Source of the DNA: Coriobacteriales bacterium
Lineage (GTDB): Bacteria > Actinomycetota > Coriobacteriia > Coriobacteriales > CADBOM01
Length of the DNA stretch: 64,000 bases
Assembly (NCBI GenBank): GCA_050946275.1
Contig: JBMNUM010000003.1
Span: 17,170 to 81,169, forward strand
Direction: 5' to 3'
In this document: piece after piece, positions 1-9,790 of the stretch
Position numbering within the stretch: the first letter of the stretch is position 1
Layout: every line of letters begins with the position of its first letter
Translations under genes and position numbers: made by a program
Notes under the pieces: generated by a model
Seen by the model: only the letters and a program-made list of their open reading frames with translations
The model's database searches: none
What the model was told of the DNA's origin: nothing

Positions 1-104
1 TCGCCGAGAAGACTGCCGCGACCGGCCTCGAGGAGGGGCTGCCGCAGGTCGCCGCCGAGGAGATCGAGCTCGACGAGCCGGAGAATTCGAAGGAAAGCGC
101 ATAG
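1..104 (+). CDS. 3' end of an unidentified CDS cut by the window edge (tail ...EEIELDEPENSKESA)
   Basis: Frame 3 is open from the window edge to TAG at 102-104. Codons are GC3-rich. The product cannot be identified from 33 aa. Confidence 0.3.
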   Translation, partial: AEKTAATGLEEGLPQVAAEEIELDEPENSKESA

Positions 105-132
105 CGCGAGCGCATGCGAGCTGGAGGTTGCA

Positions 133-2805
<2,673 letters not shown>

Positions 2806-2811
2806 CGCGTT

Positions 2812-2841
2812 TTGGAACGGCTCCCCCGGGTAGCGTTCCAA
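2812..2841. repeat. REP-like palindrome, family A (TGGAACG-CTCCCCGGG-AGCGTTCCA type)
   Basis: Imperfect palindrome ttggaacggctcccccgggtagcgttccaa lies just after the valS stop. Related copies are at 9742, 42091, 42163, 44594 and 50184. Confidence 0.8.
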
Positions 2842-2890
2842 CTGTAGATCAGATGCAAGAAGCGGGACGCCTCCGGGCGCCCCGCTTTCT

Positions 2891-3211
2891 TTAGGACTGG
2901 GTCGTGAGGCGCAGGCCGACGATACATCCGAGCAGGCCGGCGAGCAGGAGGACGCGGACTACGGAGATGGGCTCGCCTCCCGTGGCCATGCCGTAGACGA
3001 TGGTGATCGCCGCGCCGATGCCGACCCAGATGGCATACGACATGCCGATCGGCAACGTGCGCACCGCATAGGCCAGCCCCAGCATGCTCGCGATGAGCGC
3101 GACGATGAAGACGATGGTGGGGACGGGGTGCGAGAATCCCTCGGACTTCCCGAGGGCGATGGCCCAGATGGACTCCAAAACTCCCGATGCGAACAGGACA
3201 ACCCAATTCAT
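2891..3211 (-). CDS. sugE: SMR-family small multidrug resistance / guanidinium exporter (SugE/Gdx-like), 106 aa
   Basis: MNWVVLFASGVLESIWAIALGKSEGF... has four TM segments and the conserved membrane Glu (LESIW), typical of SugE. I chose the start at the ATG (cat at 3209-3211) preceded by GGGAGG. The longer 162 aa ORF extension is Arg/Pro-rich junk. Confidence 0.85.
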   Translation of the reverse strand: MNWVVLFASGVLESIWAIALGKSEGFSHPVPTIVFIVALIASMLGLAYAVRTLPIGMSYAIWVGIGAAITIVYGMATGGEPISVVRVLLLAGLLGCIVGLRLTTQS

Positions 3212-3214
3212 GAT

Positions 3215-3342
3215 GCACCTCCCAGGCGACATGCGCGCCCGTTGCGCGGACACGCGATTCGGCCGCACCGCCGTGGTGCGGGCGCCGTCTTTGCGAAACC
3301 TGGTACGGCTGCCCTCGTCAGGGCTTCGAGAAGCACTAGCAG
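3215..3342 (-). promoter_or_regulatory. candidate ykkC-type (guanidine-I-like) riboswitch leader of sugE
   Basis: The minus strand reads GCUAGUGCUUCUCG...CAGGUUUCGCAAAG...ACCACGGCGG...GCCUGGGAGG. The blocks are in the same order as the guanidine-I blocks CUAGGGUUCCG / CUGGUCCGAGAG / ACACGGCGGGA / GCCCGGGAGA, and the last block overlaps the SD. The match is divergent and there is a roughly 38 nt insertion in the 3' part. The SugE context supports the call. Confidence 0.35.
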
Positions 3343-3392
3343 TATAGCGCAACGCAAGGTACGGATGCGGCGGTGCCATCCGATGCTTCGGG

Positions 3393-3398
3393 TATACT
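3393..3398 (+). promoter_or_regulatory. putative -10 box (GGTATACT) for folC
   Basis: ggTATACT lies directly upstream of the family B hairpin and the SD GGGAGG. The same GGTATAAT context recurs at 19943, 36844 and 48294. Confidence 0.4.
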
Positions 3399-3400
3399 CG

Positions 3401-3433
3401 ATGAGTCGATAACGACGGTCATCATCGACTCAT
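3401..3433 (+). repeat. hairpin repeat family B, subtype a (ATGAGTCGAT-N13-ATCGACTCAT)
   Basis: Perfect 10 bp inverted arms atgagtcgat / atcgactcat. A near-identical copy lies at 48298-48330 upstream of cbiC. Confidence 0.85.
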
Positions 3434-3451
3434 TTCGAGGGAGGGCGCGAT

Positions 3452-4843
3452 ATGGAGACTGGCGAGGAGCGGTACGAGCGGGCTATCGGAATCCTGATGG
3501 ATTCGCTGAAATTCGGGATCCATCCGTCTCTCGACGGCATCTGCGCTCTCATGGAGCTGCTCGGCGACCCCCAGACGAAGTACCCGGCCATCCAGGTCGC
3601 GGGCACGAACGGCAAGACGTCGACCGTGCGCCAGATCGCAGGCCTGCTGCGCGCTCACGGATATCGGACCGGCTTGTACTCGAGCCCGCACCTCGTCGAG
3701 TATCCCGAGCGCATCGAGATCGACGGCAAGGTCGTCAGCCACGAGCAGTACGCCGATGCGGTCCTGCGCGCCAAGGATGCCGCAGACCATCTCGAGAAGC
3801 AGGGCATCACCATCACGGAGTTCGAGCTCGGCACCGCGGCCGCGTTCCAGATCTTCGCCGAGGAGAACGTCGACGTCGCCGTGCTCGAGTGCGGCATGGG
3901 CGGCCGATGGGACACGACGAGCATCGCCACGAGCGGCATCGGCGTCGTGACGGGCATCGGGCTCGATCACATCGGCATCCTCGGCAACACGGTGGAGGAG
4001 ATCGCCTTCGAGAAGGCCGGCGTCATCAAGCCCGGCCGCAAGGTCGTGCTCGGCCCGGGCACGCAGAGCACGCTGCGCGTCTTCCTCGACCGTTGCGAGG
4101 AGGTCGATGTCGAGCCGTGGCTCGTGCGCTCGCGCCTCGATATCGCCGACTGCATCGACGACATGGAGGCAGCCAAGCCCACCGTCGACGGCTCGCCCCT
4201 GGCGGGAACCGTGCTCTACGATGCGGGATACGCGGGCAACGAGGCGACGATCGATGTGGATGTCGAGGGGTGCTTCGAGTCGTATGGCGACATCATCATG
4301 GAAGCCCCGCTCTACCAGGCGCAGAACATCTCGACGGCCATCGCGGCCGCCGAGCTCTACATGGGCCATCCGCTCGATCCCGAAAAGGTGAGGCACGTGA
4401 TGGCGCACTTCGCCATCCCGGGGCGCTTCGAGACGCTCATCGAGGAGCCGGCGCTCATCATCGATGCGGCGCATAACCCGCAATCGGCCTTGAACCTGGC
4501 CACGGCGATCGCGCACCGCTTCCCCAAGGGGGATTTCCAGCTGCTGCTCGCCGTGCTCGCCGACAAGGACGCCGACGGCATCATCGAGGTGCTTGCGGGA
4601 TTCACGCCCGACATCGCCGTGACGCAGACGAGCTCGCACCGCGCGCTCTCGCGCTTCGAACTGGCGGACAAGGTGGAGGCGAAGACGGGCACGAGACCCG
4701 AGATCTTCGACACGCCCGCCGCTGCGCTCGACGAGCTGCTCGCACGCCAGGTCAACGTGATCGCCTCGGGTTCCATCACGCTGGCAGGCGAGGTGAAGGC
4801 CGCATGGCTGGAGCGGCAGCGCAAGGGCAAGTCGCTGCTTTAA
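3452..4843 (+). CDS. folC: bifunctional folylpolyglutamate synthase / dihydrofolate synthase
   Basis: 463 aa with the Mur-ligase P-loop VAGTNGKTST. It lies in a valS-folC neighbourhood and has the typical FolC length and motifs. Confidence 0.9.
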   Translation: METGEERYERAIGILMDSLKFGIHPSLDGICALMELLGDPQTKYPAIQVAGTNGKTSTVRQIAGLLRAHGYRTGLYSSPHLVEYPERIEIDGKVVSHEQYADAVLRAKDAADHLEKQGITITEFELGTAAAFQIFAEENVDVAVLECGMGGRWDTTSIATSGIGVVTGIGLDHIGILGNTVEEIAFEKAGVIKPGRKVVLGPGTQSTLRVFLDRCEEVDVEPWLVRSRLDIADCIDDMEAAKPTVDGSPLAGTVLYDAGYAGNEATIDVDVEGCFESYGDIIMEAPLYQAQNISTAIAAAELYMGHPLDPEKVRHVMAHFAIPGRFETLIEEPALIIDAAHNPQSALNLATAIAHRFPKGDFQLLLAVLADKDADGIIEVLAGFTPDIAVTQTSSHRALSRFELADKVEAKTGTRPEIFDTPAAALDELLARQVNVIASGSITLAGEVKAAWLERQRKGKSLL

Positions 4844-4855
4844 AATGAACACCAA

Positions 4856-4873
4856 GGGCGATTGGCGCAGTGG
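4856..4873 (+). repeat. duplicated 5' fragment of tRNA-Val (acceptor plus D-arm)
   Basis: gggcgattggcgcagTgg matches the first 18 nt of the tRNA at 5023 (gggcgattggcgcagCgg) with one mismatch. GCGCAGGT recurs about 100 nt later. The 3' half is not tRNA-like. Confidence 0.6.
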
Positions 4874-4886
4874 GGCCGAGCGCCCG

Positions 4887-4911
4887 GGAAACGCGCCGGT
4901 GGCGCGTTTCC
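4887..4911. repeat. palindrome GGAAACGCGCC-GGT-GGCGCGTTTCC (variant of family A)
   Basis: Perfect 11 bp arms. It lies inside the tRNA-like fragment region. Confidence 0.7.
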
Positions 4912-5022
4912 AGCGAAGGCCGGGACGGCTTCAGCCGGCCCCCGGAACGCGCAGGTACTGCGCTGCCGCCTGCTCGGTTGTGGGTTGGTGGCGCTTGAAG
5001 GTTTTTGATAATTGTGGGGTAT

Positions 5023-5097
5023 GGGCGATTGGCGCAGCGGTAGCGCAGGTGCTTTACACGCACAAGGTCAGCGGTTCAAATCCGTTATCGCCCACCA
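5023..5097 (+). tRNA. tRNA-Val (anticodon TAC), CCA encoded
   Basis: The cloverleaf reads GGGCGAT/ATCGCCC acceptor, GGCG/GCGC D-stem, GGTGC-TTTACAC-GCACA anticodon arm and AGCGG-TTCAAAT-CCGTT T-arm, with ACCA at the 3' end. Confidence 0.9.
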
Positions 5098-5231
5098 TGC
5101 AAACACGGGGCCGTCGCGAGACGGCCCTTCTTGCTGATGGTCGAGTGTGGCAAACGCGACAAGCAGCCACGCCTTGCTTGTCAGGTTTGGCATCACTCCC
5201 TTGGCTGGCCGGTGTATGCTGTTGCGTGGAC

Positions 5232-6074
5232 ATGATGCGGGAGAGAACGGGGCGGGTTTTGGCAGCTTCCGAATTTGAGAACGAGAACGATCGGCTCGTC
5301 GAGCGCGAGGCGGTGCGCGAGCATTACAAGCAGACCGCCTGCAGCGTCACGAGCGGCTGTTGCATCACCAACGAGTCGGCGGTCTACGATCCGGCGAAGC
5401 TCGCCGACCTGCCTCTCGACGCGATCCGCGCGTCGCGCGGCTGCGCCGACCCGCATGCGTTCGCCAACTTCCAGCCGGGCGAGACCGTGCTCGACCTCGG
5501 TAGCGGCGGCGGCATCGACTGCTTGCTCGCGGCGCGCGAGGTGGGGGAGTCGGGCAGCGTCATCGGCCTCGACATGACTGACGAGATGCTCGAGCTCGCC
5601 GAGAAGAACCGCGCCGAGGCCGGTTTCGACAACGTTCGCTTCGTGAAGGGCTACCTCGAGGACATCCCGTTGCCCGACGACAACGTCGACGTCGTGATCT
5701 CCAACTGCGTTATCAACCTATGTCCCGATAAGACTGCCGTGCTCTCCGAGGCTGCGCGCGTGCTCAAGCCGGGTGGCCGCTTCATCGTGGCCGATATCGT
5801 GATGACCAGGCACGTCTCGGATGACAACCGGGCCAAGATGTCGCGGTTCCTCGGTTGCGGGACGGTAATCCACGAGGAGGGGCAGTACCGCGCAGCGCTC
5901 GAGGCCGCGGGATTCTTCCACGTCTCCATACAAGCGCACAATGCGTATACGCGCGGCATGCTTCAGGCGCGCGCTTGGAGCAAGGGGACGCATGAGCTGC
6001 TCGACAGCATGGATATCGACGAGGTCGACGGCGCCTTCGCCGGAGCGCTCGTCGTTGCATGGATGCCCCGCTAA
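5232..6074 (+). CDS. ArsM-like class I SAM-dependent methyltransferase (arsenite methyltransferase family)
   Basis: The SAM motif [12 protein letters not shown] is present. Cysteines fall at ArsM-like positions (SGCC, SRGCADP, SNCVINL, LGCG). I trimmed the start to ATG 5232 because the longer ORF overlaps the tRNA. Confidence 0.8.
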   Translation: MMRERTGRVLAASEFENENDRLVEREAVREHYKQTACSVTSGCCITNESAVYDPAKLADLPLDAIRASRGCADPHAFANFQPGETVLDLGSGGGIDCLLAAREVGESGSVIGLDMTDEMLELAEKNRAEAGFDNVRFVKGYLEDIPLPDDNVDVVISNCVINLCPDKTAVLSEAARVLKPGGRFIVADIVMTRHVSDDNRAKMSRFLGCGTVIHEEGQYRAALEAAGFFHVSIQAHNAYTRGMLQARAWSKGTHELLDSMDIDEVDGAFAGALVVAWMPR

Positions 6075-6218
6075 CGATTGTAATCGGACGGGACGAGCCA
6101 GATTGCAGGCCGTCGGATTCGTTCTCAAAATAACAAGATATTGTGTCTGATTCCCGCTCTCATCCCCTCATATTGCGCTATCATGGTTTGCGATAGCTAA
6201 TCAGGCCGAGGGGGAGCA

Positions 6219-6848
6219 ATGGGCAAAATCCTGATCATGGACCATCCGCTGATCCAGCATAAGATCGGCATCATGCGCAAGAAGGATACGAAATCCAAGG
6301 AGTTCCGCGAGCTGGCGAGCGAGATTGCGATGCTCATCTGCTACGAGGCGACGCGTGACCTCGAACTCGAGGACATCGAGATCGAGACGCCGATTCGCAC
6401 GTGCATGGCCAAGCAGCTCAAGGGCAAGGACCCGGTGTTCGTTCCCATCCTGCGCGCGGGCCTCGGCATGGTCGACGGCATGCTCGCCATGGTCCCCTCC
6501 GCGAAGGTCGCCCACATCGGGCTCTACCGCGACGAGAAGACGTTCGAGGCGCACGAGTACTTCTGCAAGATGCCCGACGACATCACCGATCGCAGGGTCT
6601 TCGTGCTCGACCCGATGCTTGCCACGGGCGGGTCGGCCATCGCCGCCTTCGACCTGCTCAAGCGCCGCGGCGTGACCAACGCGTGCTTCGCCTGCATGAT
6701 CGCCGCCCCCGAGGGCATCGAGGCGTTCACGGCGGCGCATCCCGACATCGACATCTACGTCGGCGTCGTCGACGAAGGTCTCAACGAGAACAAGTACATC
6801 GTGCCCGGTCTCGGTGACGCGGGCGACCGCATCTTCGGCACCAAGTAG
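6219..6848 (+). CDS. upp: uracil phosphoribosyltransferase
   Basis: 209 aa beginning [20 protein letters not shown], with the PRPP-binding loop [11 protein letters not shown] and [13 protein letters not shown] at the C-terminus. Confidence 0.95.
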   Translation: MGKILIMDHPLIQHKIGIMRKKDTKSKEFRELASEIAMLICYEATRDLELEDIEIETPIRTCMAKQLKGKDPVFVPILRAGLGMVDGMLAMVPSAKVAHIGLYRDEKTFEAHEYFCKMPDDITDRRVFVLDPMLATGGSAIAAFDLLKRRGVTNACFACMIAAPEGIEAFTAAHPDIDIYVGVVDEGLNENKYIVPGLGDAGDRIFGTK

Positions 6849-6977
6849 TTTTCCGGCAAGACCGAGTGCTCCAACGCACCGCAATCGCAGCAACGGCGCT
6901 CGCATGACCTGATGGAACGATCGGGCGGGTTGGCCGCCCACGGGCAAGCGCCTGCGATGAGGGTGAGGGGAGCTGGC

Positions 6978-8477
6978 ATGGCAAAGGGCTATAGCGGCAA
7001 GGATTATGTCAAGAAGGCCGATACGGGCATCTTGGGCGAGGGCGTGTACGATGCGCGCGTGCTCGGCGTTCCGAAGATGGGCGTGCTGGGGCTGCAGCAC
7101 ATGTTCGCGATGTTCGGCGCGACGGTGCTCGTCCCGATTCTGACGGGCCTGAGCGTCTCGGCCACGCTGCTGTTCGCCGGCATCGGCACGCTCATGTTCC
7201 ATTTCATCACGAAGCGCAACGTGCCGGCGTTCCTCGGCTCGTCGTTCGCGTTCCTGCCGGGATACTTCGCCATCGCGCCCGACGGCGATCCCGCGCTGCT
7301 GCCCTACGCATGCCTCGGCGTGTTCTGCGCGGGCTTCATCTACCTGATCCTCTCCGCGATCTTCCGCGGTGCCGGAGCCAAGCGCGTAATGCGCTACTTC
7401 CCGCCAGTCGTCACGGGACCGATCGTCATCGCCATCGGCCTGATCCTCTCCGGCTCGGCGATCACGAACTGCTCGACGAGCTGGCCGATTGCCATCGTCG
7501 CGATCGCGGTCATCATCTTCTTCAGCCTCTTTGGGCGCGGCATGCTCAAGATCATCCCGATCCTTCTGGGCGTCGTCGTGTCCTACATCGTCGCGGCGCT
7601 GTGCGGCATGGTCGACTTCTCCGGCGTCGTCGCGGCTCCCTGGATCGGCCTGCCGGTGCTGTGGGAGAACACGGCGCTGTCGCTGTTCGGCGGCAACTTC
7701 GACGCCGGCATCGCCATCACCGCGATCATCACCATCGTGCCGCTGGCCTTCGCCACCGTGGTCGAGCATATCGGCGATATCTCGGCGATCAGCTCGACGT
7801 GCAACCGCAACTACATCGCTAAGCCCGGCCTGCACCGCACGCTGCTCGGAGACGGCCTCGCGACCATGGTCGCGTCGCTGTTCGGCGCGCCGGCCAACAC
7901 CACCTACGGCGAGAACACCGGCGTCCTCGCGCTCACGCGCGTGTTCGACCCGCGCGTCATCCGCATCGCCGCGTGCTTCGCGATCGTCTTCTCGTTCTGC
8001 CCGAAGTTCGCGGCCATCATCTCGGCCATGCCGGCGGCCACCATCGGCGGCGTGTCGCTCGTGCTCTACGGCATGATCTCGGGCGTCGGCATCCGCAACC
8101 TCGTGGAGAACAAGACCGACCTCACCAAGAGCCGCAATGTGCTCATCTGCGCGCTCATCCTCGTGCTCTCGCTCGGCATCTCCTACACGGGCGACGGCAA
8201 TGTCATGCTCTTCACGAACGGCGAGATCTCCATCGCGCTCTCCGGCTTGGCCATCGGCTCGCTCGTGGGCATCCTGCTCAACGCGTTCCTGCCGGGCAAG
8301 GACTACGTGTTCGACGATTCGCCGCATTCCGAGGGGACGCTCTTCGAGGCGCCCGGCGTCGTGGGGATGGTCGAGCAGGTGGAGCTCGCACGCGAAATAG
8401 CATCCGCCGGGCCCGAAGAGAGCGGAGGCGCCTCCGACGACGATGATGCCGTCGGACCGGTTGAAAAGCTGAAGTAG
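6978..8477 (+). CDS. uraA: NCS2-family uracil/xanthine permease
   Basis: LQHMFAMFGATVLVP and NTTYGENTGV are NCS2 signatures and there are many TM segments. The gene lies immediately downstream of upp. The start is taken at MAKGYSG. Confidence 0.88.
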   Translation: MAKGYSGKDYVKKADTGILGEGVYDARVLGVPKMGVLGLQHMFAMFGATVLVPILTGLSVSATLLFAGIGTLMFHFITKRNVPAFLGSSFAFLPGYFAIAPDGDPALLPYACLGVFCAGFIYLILSAIFRGAGAKRVMRYFPPVVTGPIVIAIGLILSGSAITNCSTSWPIAIVAIAVIIFFSLFGRGMLKIIPILLGVVVSYIVAALCGMVDFSGVVAAPWIGLPVLWENTALSLFGGNFDAGIAITAIITIVPLAFATVVEHIGDISAISSTCNRNYIAKPGLHRTLLGDGLATMVASLFGAPANTTYGENTGVLALTRVFDPRVIRIAACFAIVFSFCPKFAAIISAMPAATIGGVSLVLYGMISGVGIRNLVENKTDLTKSRNVLICALILVLSLGISYTGDGNVMLFTNGEISIALSGLAIGSLVGILLNAFLPGKDYVFDDSPHSEGTLFEAPGVVGMVEQVELAREIASAGPEESGGASDDDDAVGPVEKLK

Positions 8478-8779
8478 GCTTCAACCGGGTCGGGATGGGG
8501 CTTTTGACAGCAGAAATCTCAAAAGTGGCACGATTTGACAAATCCTTACCTGTTGGAGCCATTGATTTGAACTCTGCAGCACCAATGGTATGGTTCTAGA
8601 GCGGAAACAGCTTGATTTGAGGCTGGTTGAGGCAGAATCAGGGCCTTTGGCTATCAGGAATTTGTCCAAACATGCCATTTTTTCGCGGTTGCGTGTCATC
8701 GGGGTGCGGATGGCGCGGTGGATGAGGCGGGGGCTCGAATAAAGGCAGCTCGCACCCAGCTCTTCGAGGAGGGGCTTAC

Positions 8780-9271
8780 ATGGTCATTCGTCCTGCAGGT
8801 GAGGCGGACCTTCCCGAGGTTGACCGCGTGTACGCGCATGGCCGCGCGATCATGCGCGAGAGCGGCAATCCCACGCAATGGTGGCCGACTTACCCCGAGC
8901 GAGAGATTCTCCTCGACGACATCGCCCGCTCGCAGCTCTACGTGGTGTGCGATGACGGGCGGATCTGCGGTGCCTTCGTCTACGCGCTCGACCCCGACCC
9001 GACGTACGCCGTCATCGAGCAGGGCGCGTGGCTCGACGACGAGCCGTACGGGACGATCCACCGCATCGCGACGGACGGCACCCGCCGGGGACTGTTCGAT
9101 GCCGTGCTCGCGCACTGTCGAAGCATCAGGTCCAATGTGCGCATCGACACGCACGAGGACAACGCCATCATGCGCCATCTTATCGAGAAGGCGGGCTTCG
9201 AGTACTGCGGCATCATCTACATATCGGACGGCACGCCGCGTCTGGCCTATCAGCTGCCGGCCGACCGGTGA
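8780..9271 (+). CDS. GNAT-family N-acetyltransferase
   Basis: 163 aa with an acetyl-CoA-binding-like segment (HRIATDGTRRGLFDAVL) and a C-terminus typical of small GNATs. Confidence 0.75.
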   Translation: MVIRPAGEADLPEVDRVYAHGRAIMRESGNPTQWWPTYPEREILLDDIARSQLYVVCDDGRICGAFVYALDPDPTYAVIEQGAWLDDEPYGTIHRIATDGTRRGLFDAVLAHCRSIRSNVRIDTHEDNAIMRHLIEKAGFEYCGIIYISDGTPRLAYQLPADR

Positions 9272-9325
9272 TTCGGGCTGCCGCGCGAGCAGCCGGGCGG
9301 CACGCCGCGCCGGGAAGGAAGAGAG

Positions 9326-9718
9326 ATGCAGACTTTCGAGATTCGCACGAATGCATTCGAGATGATCGACGTCACCGCGCAGGTGCGTCAGGCCGTCCGC
9401 GAGTCGGGTGTGCACGAGGGTTTGTGCACGGTGTACTGCCCGCACACGACGGCTGCAATCACGATCAACGAGAACGCCGACCCCGACGTGCAGCGCGACC
9501 TGCTGCTCGCGCTTGGCGACATCTTCTCCGACCGACGGGAGTTCCGCCACTGCGAGGGCAATAGCCATGCTCACCTGAAATCGAGCGTCGTCGGCGCGTC
9601 CGAGACCATCCCCGTGGAGAACGGCCGTCTCGCTCTCGGCACCTGGCAGGGCATCTACTTCTGCGAGTTCGACGGCCCGCGCGTACGCAGGTTCCACGTG
9701 CAGGTCGTCGGGAGCTAG
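9326..9718 (+). CDS. yjbQ: YjbQ/UPF0047 family protein (secondary thiamine-phosphate synthase-like)
   Basis: 130 aa with HTTAAITINENADPDV and NSHAHLKSS motifs, which are characteristic of UPF0047. Confidence 0.85.
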   Translation: MQTFEIRTNAFEMIDVTAQVRQAVRESGVHEGLCTVYCPHTTAAITINENADPDVQRDLLLALGDIFSDRREFRHCEGNSHAHLKSSVVGASETIPVENGRLALGTWQGIYFCEFDGPRVRRFHVQVVGS

Positions 9719-9741
9719 CGGGAACCGGAGCACTCTCTTTC

Positions 9742-9765
9742 GGAACGTCCCCCGGAGGGCGTTCC
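9742..9765. repeat. REP-like palindrome, family A
   Basis: ggaacgtcccccggagggcgttcc lies between yjbQ and the Fic/HipA-like gene. Confidence 0.8.
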
Positions 9766-9790
9766 AGTTTTGCTCTGCTATCCTTTCGAT

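Noticed and set aside
3264-3324. Guanidine-II (mini-ykkC) reading of the sugE leader: two hairpins containing ACG
   Set aside because: The hairpins (GCCCUGACGAGGGC and CGCACCACGGCGGUGCG) do not present ACGR as a closed tetraloop in the required register. The guanidine-I-like block order fits somewhat better, so only that is reported, at low confidence.
4845-5231. N-terminal 129 aa extension of the ArsM-like ORF
   Set aside because: The extension runs straight through the tRNA-Val gene and the palindromic repeats. The conserved methyltransferase begins after ATG 5232.
4856-6100. Integrative element at tRNA-Val
   Set aside because: There is no integrase, no 3'-end tRNA direct repeat and no clear island boundary. 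Only a 5' fragment duplication plus palindromes is present.
6201-8327. 708 aa reverse-strand ORF, together with similar long antisense ORFs at 3422-4855, 8696-10690, 13206-15185, 15169-16965, 18106-19575, 25461-26555, 39341-41038, 53549-56797 and 61964-63982
   Set aside because: They are Arg/Asp/His/Gly-rich low-complexity translations lying antisense to clearly conserved genes (upp/uraA, folC, hydB, hydA, nfnB, feoB, cbiA, ABC-F, rho). This is the typical stop-codon-poor artefact of GC-rich DNA.
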